Shown: positions 42,041 through 53,383 of the stretch, one piece after another
Layout of the letters: each line of letters opens with the position of its first letter
Numbering within the stretch: the first letter of the stretch is position 1
Origin: Owenia fusiformis
Taxonomy: Eukaryota
NCBI GenBank assembly: GCA_903813345.2
Contig: CAIIXF020000001.1
Span: 41,664,001 to 41,728,000, forward strand
Direction of reading: 5' to 3'
DNA length: 64,000 nt
Made by a program: the position numbers and the translations under genes
Notes under the pieces: model-generated
Databases searched by the model: none
Told to the model about the DNA's origin: nothing
The model's input: the letters and a program-made list of their open reading frames with translations, nothing else

Positions 42041-42367
42041 GTAAGTATAGAAGAAAATGTTGAAAATGAGAAATATAAATAAAATAGGAGATAATGAAGG
42101 ATTGGGCAACCAGACTGCAATTCTCAAATGCGTCTCCATTAGGAGATAAAGGGAGAAAATTGTTAGTCATAGTCTTGCATCAAGCTGCTCCTCCCTTCAC
42201 AATATTGATGTCACATGCTGTGTTACAGAATGAGGAACACAAGGGTTAGATGCTGGATAGCTCATCATATTAGGTTTTTACATTACATCTTCATCTTAAA
42301 TCACAATGGATTATTATGAATTTAACATTTAAATCAAAGAATTAATTATTTGTTTCTTTACTTCCAG

Positions 42368-42400
42368 TTGTGATGTGCCTCTTACGCTGAGAAGTTACAG
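42368..42400 (+). CDS. 33-nt coding micro-exon continuing the LIM domain: (I)CDVPLTLRSY(R/S)
   Basis: Acceptor tttgtttctttacttccag ends at 42367; donor CAG|gtgagt follows 42400. Splicing from 30868 gives CFKC-CI-C-DVPLTLRSY, supplying the sixth LIM zinc ligand with canonical spacing. Phase 2 in, phase 2 out. Confidence 0.85.
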
Positions 42401-42870
42401 GTGAGTTAACTTGCTTTATTCATTAAACAGGAAACTTTCTGTGTTTTTAGTTTATGGTTATTGGCTAGTTATTTTCATGGTATTTATTTCAGTTAGGTTT
42501 CATAGATGGCAGGCACAACACCGGTGCACTACAGCTGAAGATTATTATGATCATCAATTTTCATAAAGATATCATGATGAATATTTTTTAATTAAATGTG
42601 AAAAAGATGGAAATCAGCAAGGAATAAAGTATCACATGTAAGCATATCAGAAACATCCTTCAAAAATTAAAAAGATGAAACTGTGGAGCAGCAAGATCAG
42701 AAACTATTAATAGTGCATGAATCTCACTGCTGAAGTTGATTAACTCAGCTATTCAGTTTGCATTCAGTCTGAATCAGAGTAGAGATATATTTAAAAAATG
42801 TCTATCATTTAACATAGTGCCTAATTACAACATCTGCATAAACCACACAGTATAAATGTTTAATTTTCAT

Positions 42871-43043
42871 CAGGCTGTTACCATTAGCCAGGGGGAGTTC
42901 GGGAAGGGGGATTGAGCAACCCCCCTGGCCAAAAATCATGCACTTTCTCAGCATTCTGATTAATATTCAAGTGATTGTGGGCCAAAATTGTCAAACGTGA
43001 GCCCCCCATAGAATTCCCTTGGCAAAAGCTGGCTATGGGCCTG
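42871..43043. mobile_element. MITE family 1, diverged copy
   Basis: CAGGC...TAGCCAGG left end, CTGGCTATGGGCCTG right end, shared core; flanks ttcat/ctcat (4/5). Confidence 0.7.
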
Positions 43044-43789
43044 CTCATACTTTGATTTCGCTGGAACAGATTTTTACTTCGGAATTGCCAACTCTCAATC
43101 TCGCTGGAAAATCAATTTTATTGAGGAAGTTAATATGATCAGTGTCAGATTCAACACGTCCTAAATATACCAGACATGTCTCTAGTCTAGGTAGGGTAGA
43201 ATTGATTTAAAATAAATCGACATGTAATTAATCTAATCTGATTGAAGAGAGGTACTGAAAGTGCTTGAAGCTCATTTCCTATAGGACATATCTAGTCAGT
43301 GCTCTTCATTAGTTCAACTGATTCATCAGATCCTATCAAACAAAAACTTATTAGCTTGCCCAAGTCGGTCTCTTTTACTTATGTGAGCAACTTTTTTACT
43401 GGTACCATACACGTTTATCTATAGTCTTGCATTGAGCCCCCCTCTGCACAAAACAGCATGCATCTACTTTTGGGTAGGGAAATAGATAAAATAGATAGTG
43501 TTGGAAGGGGGAGCATTGATTTTGTTTTGTGCACTAAACTGTTTTGTATCAAGCAATAATTTGTCCCTCTGAAACATACAGATTGTTAAAATAGTTTTTG
43601 TGCTCTAAATTACATTGTATCAAGCCATCTTCTATTTTCTCTGAAACTCAGATTAGAAAAATAAGCTATGGGGGTTGAACTTGATTCAAGACTATATTGT
43701 TTGATTCAATTTAAAGATATGCTATTGTCTGCCTTGTAATTAGATCTGATACTTGTCTGGTCCAATGCTAATATTCTTTGTTATCGCAG

Positions 43790-43880
43790 AATGATGTTAT
43801 TCATCAGAGAAAACAAGAGACCAAGGTTGTCGGCTGCTCTACCATTATTCGTAGCTGTAATAGCTTTTCCAGTGGTGTAG
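43790..43880 (+). CDS. Possible alternative terminal exon: (R)MMLFIRENKRPRLSAALPLFVAVIAFPVV*
   Basis: Branch-like tgctaat plus attctttgttatcgcag acceptor ending at 43789. The phase-2 frame is open to TAG at 43878-43880. Confidence 0.3.
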
Positions 43881-46800
43881 TGTGTGTATGGAAGTGGTTG
43901 AATGGGTTATACCTCCTTGGATTTTCAAGATCCTATGTTCAATACAGGCAATGATGTGACCTAGTTTTATTTTACTGAAATATATGTCACATAACATTGA
44001 TTTTGAATAGAAGATGTTGAACAAAAAAACTTGAATATATGCAGAATAGATAGTCTCTTTTACAATTCAATCCCACGACATTTGAATCTCCTGCTTATTA
44101 CAAATGGCTTAAAACAATCTATGGGAGTTCACAGTCAGCATGATAAAAAAGCATCTTTGTGATCCCTGGTAAATGCCTTGGAAGCCATGAATTGTCCTCG
44201 GATGAGCAATGAGATCTCATATTCAGGCACTGAACCCAATGGGTTGTTTTACTCCACTGAAATTCCCAACTTGGGACAATAGATTATGCGGAATGTTAAA
44301 GTAAATGTAACATAATGTTGTTTTTTTGGTGTTATACATCATAATGTATTATTATTTGATCCCTAGATAAAACTCTGGTTTATGTAAAGAGCTAAATTGT
44401 ACAAATAGCTAGATTCTTCTACTGGAAATGTTGCACACATGACATAAGTTTGATAATGCTGAAAAGTAGAACTGATCTTGTTGAACAGATTTTCTGGATC
44501 TCCAGGGATTCCCTATACATACATCTATCTACATACTCTTAGTTAGAATTGGTTTTTAGTGCTTGATTGTCATTTCAAGCATGACTGTCATTAAAAAAAC
44601 ATTTTTCATTACTGGACTTTTCTGAGCTCTTCTGTATGGTTACTTTGAGCATGATTGATGCATATTTCATGGAATTGTGTCACCTTGGTTACAGTGATTG
44701 TTTTCATTCATTGGAATTTTAGATTAATTCGGAATATTAATTTTTCATATTATATTGTATTATACTGGTATGTTAAACTAAGAAATGCTTGTGAAAACAC
44801 AATCCAAATATGTATCAGAATATAAAAATGTATGTCTGAACATGTACGAGGTTGTAATTACAATCCAATATTGTATAAATGTCATAAGTTTATTTCATGT
44901 TTTTTTACACCCCCTCCTCTGTGAAAGTATAGATCGTCTTCACTCAGACAACTGATTATGAACGCCTGTGTTAGGATGACATTGGGGAATAATTTGGCTT
45001 CAAAACATATTAGTAACATTGCTATATAATACTCCCGGGAGCCCTGACTGTCAAAAGAATGCATTTTTAGATTTGAATGGGTAATTTTGTGTCTTGCAAA
45101 TTGGTGTTCAAGGCAATATACTGATGCTCAATTCCATATTAACTGACTATTTCTTTTTTTTCTTTGTCACTAACATTTTGCCAGAATAAAAACATGAATC
45201 GTTTTTTCCAAATTGCAAATGACAATTAAGTAATGGAGAATAAAGTTTGCCATTGAAACATGTATTGTTCAATAAGTTTTTGGAAATCATTTAAAGTAAA
45301 TAGCCATTTCCTATCATTGGCACTTACTGATTCTTTACAGTACATTTCACTGATCCCGTTGCTGATGTTGATCCAAGTAATGCGGTGTTAGATAACATAC
45401 TAATGTGACAAATAAAAAAGACGAGTATAACTGTAATTGAGGCATCGATTTATCCTAAAAAATGAATATTTTATTATATTCATTTGCGCACATCACTGCT
45501 TTTGAACAGTGAATCTGTCATAAAAGGAATTTAATCAATGAGTAAATGATTTGAAAATCCCAAACTCGAGGAACAAACATATTTCTTGAATTCATCTTGA
45601 GATTTCAACCATGAAATATTATATCAAAAATATTACATCACCAAGGAAGGAATTATTTGGCTAGGTTTAGAATAAGTGAACTGAGGAGCAATTACAACTG
45701 ACTTACACACAAAGAAGAGAACCTTAATAGACCAGATTTACATGTTTCTTTTCCACTAAATTGAAGCCATCTTCTGCTTGAGGTAACATGTCACTGGCTG
45801 AGAAAATCTGATATGTCTATTTATGTTTACCAATGAAGTGCATTAATGCAATACTTTCTTCATCTTAATATTGATTCATAATAAAAGTAACTTTAAAATT
45901 TGTGTAATAATATACTCATCTAGTCGGAAAAAGTAATGGGATACAGAAAGTGATAATTGATACCTTGCATTGGCATTTTGTATTTGGCATATAACTTCTA
46001 TTCTAGAACATGTATTTTGTTTCCAACATTACATGCAACCACTTTGTTTCCAACACACAGCTGCTTTGTTTCCTTGACAGCATGACCCAGTACAAATGGT
46101 TAGCTTATATAATCCATAAAGTAAAAAGAGCAATGAGCATTATTATGTCTATCAAATAATTTATAGATTCATGTCTCCATCTTACATGTTCAGAAATGAT
46201 TTTATAGATTATCCATTTCCAGTTTTATCGTTTAACGTCATAGACAACATTGTGAAAACGTTAATCATGGTGTTGCCCATAATTACAAATAATTCATAAC
46301 TCGTAATATTTGTGTTCTCTCGTCCATAATTGAAAAATCAACTGGCAACAGTTTCATTTAATTTAAGGAGACATATTCTTTTAATTGGAGGTCAATAACA
46401 CTAGTCAGAAAAGATAAGTATATCATTGATTGATATTTTTTATTTATGAAGACATTTCTGTAATTGAAGGCTTATGGAATAACAAAAAAAAAGTCAAATT
46501 ATCTGTAAAACAATCACATAGTTAAAGAAACATGTTTCTTTAATTTGCAGATCTTTAGTTAAATGGGTTGCCAGTTAAGAGGCACTTACTCTCTCTATTG
46601 ATCTAGTCCTTTCTGTCAATATGAAGAAATTACAGGAGTTTCCAGTTGCAGATATTTCGAGAAAACTTTTATCTCAACTTTTTATGCTGTCTTCAAAATA
46701 TTGTCTTTAAAATGTTATAAATGTTTTCCAGTATATTTAATAATATTTTTCATTTTTCTAACTGCAATCTCAAAGTTGACAAAGCAGTTGTAAATATGTA

Positions 46801-47554
46801 AGTGTGCATGCAGTTCTGTATGATAAATCAATTTGTTTTTATTTACAAACATTTCAATAAATGTAATTGATGATGTCGTTTATGACCTTACATAAATTTT
46901 GATGAGCATACATAAAATGATATTAATCTTGATCTAATGATGAATATAACAGGGAAGTCATTATAGTAAATCATGAAGTAAATGCATTACTTAGTCATAA
47001 AGAGACTCCAGATCATAATATTGCAAACATGCAAGCACATCTGTAATAGAAGCTATTATGAATGCCACTGGGACTGGTTTAAGATATGCCCATTTCAGGT
47101 GTTGGATCCGGTATTGCAATTGCGAGAGGACATCCAAAAATCTGTCAACAATCAGTGTCCGTATTTTTAGGTGTTCACATCTTAAGGTCTAACTGTATTC
47201 CACATATTCGTTTATACAATTAACATGGATATACCTTCCTTGATTATATTCTCAAAGGGATTATAATAGTTATGAAAGCACAATGAACTTAAGCTGTCAG
47301 CTGCATTTTTCTAACAAGCGGAATATTAATTATTTGGCAGTAAAAGAGATCTGCGTATTGGTATTTTATAGAGAAACTCAAACATTTGCATTAGATATAG
47401 ATTTTCTTAGAAATTTATATTGTTGTAGAATAATGAGGATGTCAGTTTGTGAAGTAATGTTGACATATATATTTGTTTAGTATTGGCTTATTGTAATACA
47501 TGTGATTAAGTCATTTTTATGACAAATCTTATGATGGTCTTTGAATGACCTTAA

Positions 47555-47820
47555 ATCTGTTCATATGATGTTCATCCCTTGTTCATCGGTTGTTCTTTTA
47601 ATGTTCATATGCTTTTGCTTTAGACATATTCATGGTATTCATTGGCTGACATTTGGCTGTTCAAGTTCATATACAGTACTCTTTTTATTGTTTGGATGCT
47701 GTTCATTTGAGGTTTATTTATTGTTCATTAGATATTCATATGCTGTTCATAAAATGTTCATATGCTGTTCATAAAATGTTCATATGCTGTTCAGTTGATG
47801 TTCATTTGCTGTTCATTGAA
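47555..47820. repeat. Degenerate ~11-bp tandem repeat (tgttcatatgc)
   Basis: Recurrent tgttcat motif; near-perfect duplication ttcatatgctgttcataaaatg at 47736-47790. Explains the spurious ORFs at 47541 and 47653. Confidence 0.75.
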
Positions 47821-49847
47821 AATTCTTTGACAGTTCTAATGTTGATAATCAGCTAATTGTTTTATGATTTCTTACATATCATAATTGAAAATGTGTAGGT
47901 TAGGACTCATTCTGTCATAAAACATGCCTTATAATGTCATATAAGAGGGATCATTTGAGCCAAATATGTCATTATATATACAGTATAAGTATTATATTAA
48001 CATCTCACATGCTTTCCCAAGATTAGCTGTCATAATTATCTTTCTTAGAATTCTAGCCTATTTTTGTGTATATGTTATATGATTCCAATCTATAACCTGA
48101 AAATAAAGATGCAAATGTGGAACTATATTATAAATTGTTACGATTGCTTGCCTGCAAGATCTCCCAGTAGATGTATTGTTTTTGATTGATCATTTATTGT
48201 AACTAGTGACTTCAGGTGTTATTGGGTATTGGTGTAATGCCACCGTCACCTATAATAGAGTAAGGGTATGTACATTTAACTGATCTTTTGTCTTAAGGCA
48301 GAAACAATTGTTGAATATCTTGTCAACCTTGAGCTTGAAATTTCTTTTTGATAATTTCATTGATATTCTTTGGTTTTCCCAAATAAAAGTAAATTTTAGA
48401 CTGAGTTTTGAAAATGAATAGTTTTTCTTGAATATATGGTATTAAAGGATGTGCTGTTATTGCATGTGTCTAGAATGAAACATTACTTTGCTGGCATTAA
48501 TTGTTGGCAAATGTGCACTGTATACTTTTTGGAGCAACCAAGCTTGATCATCTTTGTTTTGAAATTTTTGCTACTCGTCTGGAGACAATGAACGGTGCTA
48601 TTAATCTAATACAGTCCTCCAGTGTTTGATTACAGAGATTTCAATGATATTTTATTGCTTTGGCTTTGATTAAATACAAAATGAATATGTTGCGGTAATT
48701 GAGGTATCAAACATTGAGATATGTGAGGGAGTCTGATTCTATTGGGAGATTGTGATGTCATTGTTTATGGGATTGTTACATGGCTAAACTAAATTAGAAA
48801 TGTGAAATGATTTATGAAGGTATTGTTTTACTGTGCACCTTAATCATCCGACTTGTTCAATTACATTTAGCAAATCGAACTGTTTTGAAGCTTAAATGTC
48901 AAAGAGTTCATCGTTCTCAGAAGTCTGTTAATATTGACTTATTGATCAGTTGCTATTGCTCGGGACAAACTCATTACAAAAAGGGGGGCAGCGTAACACC
49001 CAACTCAATGAGGCTGTTATGAATTACCATAATTGGTGTTTGAATGGGCTGGCTCAGATATACAGTTGTAAAATGATATTAATACCTATTCCCAAGATAT
49101 ATTTCTCTGTATTTGCCGAGTGTATATTGAGTTCTTCTTCTAATATTTGAGGAGAAACAAAGTAGTAGACTCCGGGGAAAATTAATCAGATTATGCACTT
49201 AATGTCATATTTGTTTAACAAGTGGCTTAGTGTCTGCATTAACAACATTTCTGCGTTTAAGGCAATTGTTATTGTTGTTATTATAAGAAAAGTAGCGGTT
49301 TTATTTAATGAACAGTGGCTTTTTATTGTCTTTTATAATGGCTAAAGCGCTAGAGTTTTTAGCCGGAGGGACTATAAATGTTCTTAAAGTGTTTCACACG
49401 CTTCAGTGTTTTAAATGGATTCAACGGACTGCTAGGTGACAGTTACAATGATCAGTAACCATGGTAACTAGTTTGAACTCCTGGATCTGAGTATGTATTG
49501 GTATTTGAAATGATGATGGCATACAGTACGCTAGACTTGATTGAGGACTATTGGTTATTCTCGATAGAATCATTTGTGTGGAAAATTAAATTTTACTTAA
49601 CTTCTGATCGCCACACTGTGCAGAAGTAAGGACATTTCACCACGGATAATCCAACCAAATATGGTAACCTCTTGGGATAACGACGTGGAATTCAATTTCC
49701 TAGTGTACACTTTTTCGATGACGATATTAGATTTAATTCACTTCGTAGATTTACATAAAGGACTCGAGATTGACAGACATTAAATGATGTGCTAAGCCCT
49801 GGAACTTATTCTTGTTGTCGCAGCAGAGTGGGGAAGAATTTAACACC

Positions 49848-49987
49848 ATGATTAACTCACAAAGCGCTATGGACTTTAAAGAGAAGCATAAGATTGATGC
49901 TGCACTTGTGCCCCTACAGCGTCAACATGCCCGTAGATGGCGCTCTTGGAAGTCCCTCCGCAATCTTGCATCTTGTGCAGGGAGTAG
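49848..49987 (+). CDS. Putative alternative first coding exon J (46 aa) of LIM-less isoforms
   Basis: ACCATG start; MINSQSAMDFKEKHKIDAALVPLQRQHARRWRSWKSLRNLASCAGS; GC-rich; donor TAG|gtaagt (codon split after AG). 140 nt = phase 2, same as the 42400 donor. Confidence 0.75.
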
Positions 49988-51199
49988 GTAAGTTACACCA
50001 CCTTGAAATGGGAGATCTCTGATGCATTGGCTTTTACAAAAATATGAAATACTGATTTATCAATGAGTTGAAATTATGAAAACATTGAGTCATTAACAAT
50101 CTGTCAGTCAACATTCAATCACTATTTATCTTGAAGGTGTTCTTATACCATTGTTCATTTAAGGAGGCATTCTATCAGTATGAGGACTAATATTTTGATA
50201 GGGTGAAATTGCTTTCATCTATCGTCATAGTGACTAAATGCACTAAACAAATAGACATGTCAGTTTAAACTCTAATGCAAAACTGGATGAGTCATCATTG
50301 CCATCCTGGGATATAAGAATTATCAGAGCATTTTTTTAAATTTAAATTAATATTTACCAAATTTAAGTAAATTTACTAAGATATCGATTAAACAAGGTAT
50401 ATTTAAATAGAACAAGGTTTAATACGTTTTGAGTACTATCTATTTTCAATTTGAAATGTAACATTTATATAATTTTAAGAAAAACCTAGTAAGGGTTTAT
50501 GTGTGTAGATGCAGCTGTGTACATTATTGTTTAACAGGAGAGTAAAATATGAATATTATGTATGGATGTAAAGCACTTACATACAGGTTTCCAATATTAT
50601 TTGACCTGAGAGAGCTACCTTTATTGTATTATATTGACTTAATATGTCAGAAAAAGACCCTTAATTAGGAAACAGTGGCGGTTCATGATCTCTTGACCAT
50701 CGTAGATGGACTGTTCACACGACCTCAGAGACAAGAGGTCCTTCAGGGGTGATTCCATTATTGATATAGCCTGCGTGATGAATCTCATCTAAATAATTGA
50801 GATTTGGTTCATCTAGTGAATTTGTAAATCATTACATTTCCCCCTTTCAATAGAAATGTTTGTCCTCAGATGTAAGTTCATACTGGCTTGTTTTATTTAT
50901 GGAATTTGCTATCCTGTTTAATTTCATCATTTTTATTGAATATTTATTATTTAAACAGATGTGGGTAGACTTTTATGATGTACATGATTTATGGGTTATT
51001 ATTCAGAGTGATCTCATAATGTTAAAATTTATTAATTTGAATTATTACCACCTTGCCGGGCCAGTTCTAGGGGTTTTAGTGCTAGTTTAGAAGGCATTCA
51101 TTTTACTATATCGACCTGAGCAATATGTGATGTCATAGTGGTGGTCCATATTGCCGGTCAAGATCACATTTAACTTCAGTCCTGATCATTAACGGTGGT

Positions 51200-51295
51200 A
51201 ATAATACTAATAACGCCATTTCTGCGGGCAATATAGTGGGCCTTCGGTCCAATATTTCACTATATTGCCCTTCAAAATGACGTTATTGTACTATT
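51200..51295. repeat. Palindromic (foldback) element
   Basis: gggcaatatagtg (51226-51238) pairs perfectly with cactatattgccc (51258-51270); outer arms aataacgccattt/aaatgacgttatt. Confidence 0.7.
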
Positions 51296-51699
51296 GTTAT
51301 TTGCTCACATACCATATTATTAATATACTTCACACATTATGTCTGATATTCTCTCTGTATAGACAGTTTTGATTGTTCCACTTAGCAGGCCTTTGTTCCT
51401 TTTCTACCGTCTATGATACTCTTCAATTAGTGTTCTTATAATTGAATTTCAGAGCACTATAGAGGTATATTCCTTGTTAATTCACTAAAGTACTAGTACG
51501 ACTATGAGGTATTTTGTTATTCTAACAGACTAAAAGAATGTTAATATAACTGATTGTTTAGTGTGATTGGCCTTGAGATATTTAGCACCTTAATAAATTG
51601 TTCATTAGAGCATCCTTTTGTAAGTCATGCGTCAAAGCATTTGATTGATCCAATCACCATCTTCTTTATGAGGTAATTAATGGGAATTTAGGAGGTGCT

Positions 51700-51870
51700 A
51701 ACCTTTAAGGATGAACTCCTGTTCTTCCCTGTCCTCCAAAGGATTATTATGAATGGTCACTTAAAGGATTATGTCACACTTTTCCTGTCTACTTAAAGGA
51801 TTACCATTATTTAAAGGATGACCTCACTCTCCTCCCATCTACTCCACCTCCCATTAAAGGATGACATCAA
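51700..51870. repeat. Degenerate repeat with ttaaaggat core
   Basis: About six aaggat motifs spaced 20-45 bp apart. Confidence 0.5.
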
Positions 51871-53193
51871 ACTTTCATACTTCAATATATCTTTAATTGA
51901 TGAAATACATACTCTCCTCTTTCAAAGTAACATAAACTTACTTCCTTTTAAAGTTTAAGGAATACTGAGTACTCCTCTGAAATGTCAACTTTGCATGCCA
52001 TTGTCCCCTCATTGTAATATCATATCAATAATCTTTAAAAAGATCTATATTAATAACAAGGCTGACTTAACGAAATGATTACAAGAAAAAGAAATCTTCT
52101 TCACACGCAGTGAAGACCCATTTTGATCCATTGAGATGTTACAAACTGAAGGAATAAACTGATTTAACAGTATGACAAAGACCTGTTAACGTCCTATTTA
52201 GAGATTAATAGCTGCAACAAACATCCTTATACTAATTGTTGACACTGTCTCAAAAGCATGCCTTATTGAATCTTTATACAGAAATTCCTGACAGAAATTT
52301 ATTAATTTATCGGCTGATTAGGCCAATAGGGCAGATAAGTGATCTTTTAATAAAAACTAGCCTTAGATTTAGTGTTATTTATACAAAGGCAATTTCATCA
52401 TCAGTGATGCACATCCGTTCATGCAATTACTTGCCCTTTGAAATCAGAGTTCTTAGGACAAAGCTTATTGCATTAGGATTGAGAAATATAGGTTGAGAAG
52501 TTTTATCAAAGACTCGTTTTGGCATTAAGGAGAGCCTAGGGGTTTTTATGGCTGAGGCAAGTGACGGTCTGTGTAAAAGCTGCACGTTTATTGGCAAGGT
52601 CATCTGTTCTACTCAGTCTGTCATGTAATGCAAAAACTAAAAATGAACAAAAAGTGAATGTGTCTGGAATTTGCATGTTTTACAAGTTTGCTAAGGTTGA
52701 AAATCAAATTCCCTAAAATTACCCTACATTTGTTTGACTCGCTTCTTGGAAGAGAGTTTCGTGAGTAAAAATACTCCGTGCTTGAGATATCATCTTGATT
52801 CATTAAGGTTCAGTTGTTCAACCTCAGGTATCTGGACCCAGTGGAAAGTGCAATGTGAGAGATCTTTCAATAAATCATGTTTCAAAATCTTCTTCCAAAC
52901 TTTCAATGTCACATTTTTGGATTAAAGCAACTTTTTGTAAAACTGTTTTCTAGAGAGGGATATCTTCTGAGGCTCTTCTGAGGGCAAAGGATTCAGTATA
53001 TAAGTGAAATAGAGAACAATCAATAAGCTCTTGATTTGATTACATGTGTATGATAAAACATGTCATCCTTAATTAGGAATTCATGATATAAATATTTTGT
53101 TCCATCAATGAGAATACCCGGGTCCCAAGAAATATTCCCAGATGGCTCGAATGAGAAACCTGACAATTAGATCGTAAAATATAATATATACAT

Positions 53194-53383
53194 CAGTGAT
53201 CCCCCCAGCATTGAAGCAAGTGGGTGCAGTACCCACTTTTGTAAGTGGGTGCAGTACCCACTTTTGTTAAAGTTATATTTTCATATTTCTGATTGTCAAA
53301 AATAATTTTTGAGCTTGTTGTTCACTCATTGTGAAAATTAGAATTTTGCACCAACTTAAGAAAAAATCCAGTGAAGAACATTG
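53194..53383. mobile_element. MITE family 3 (degenerate CAGTG termini, 5-bp TSD)
   Basis: CAGTGATCCCCCCAG ... gtgaagaacattg with TACAT on both sides; internal 25-bp tandem duplication aagtgggtgcagtacccacttttgt. A similar left end occurs at about 16427. Confidence 0.5.
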
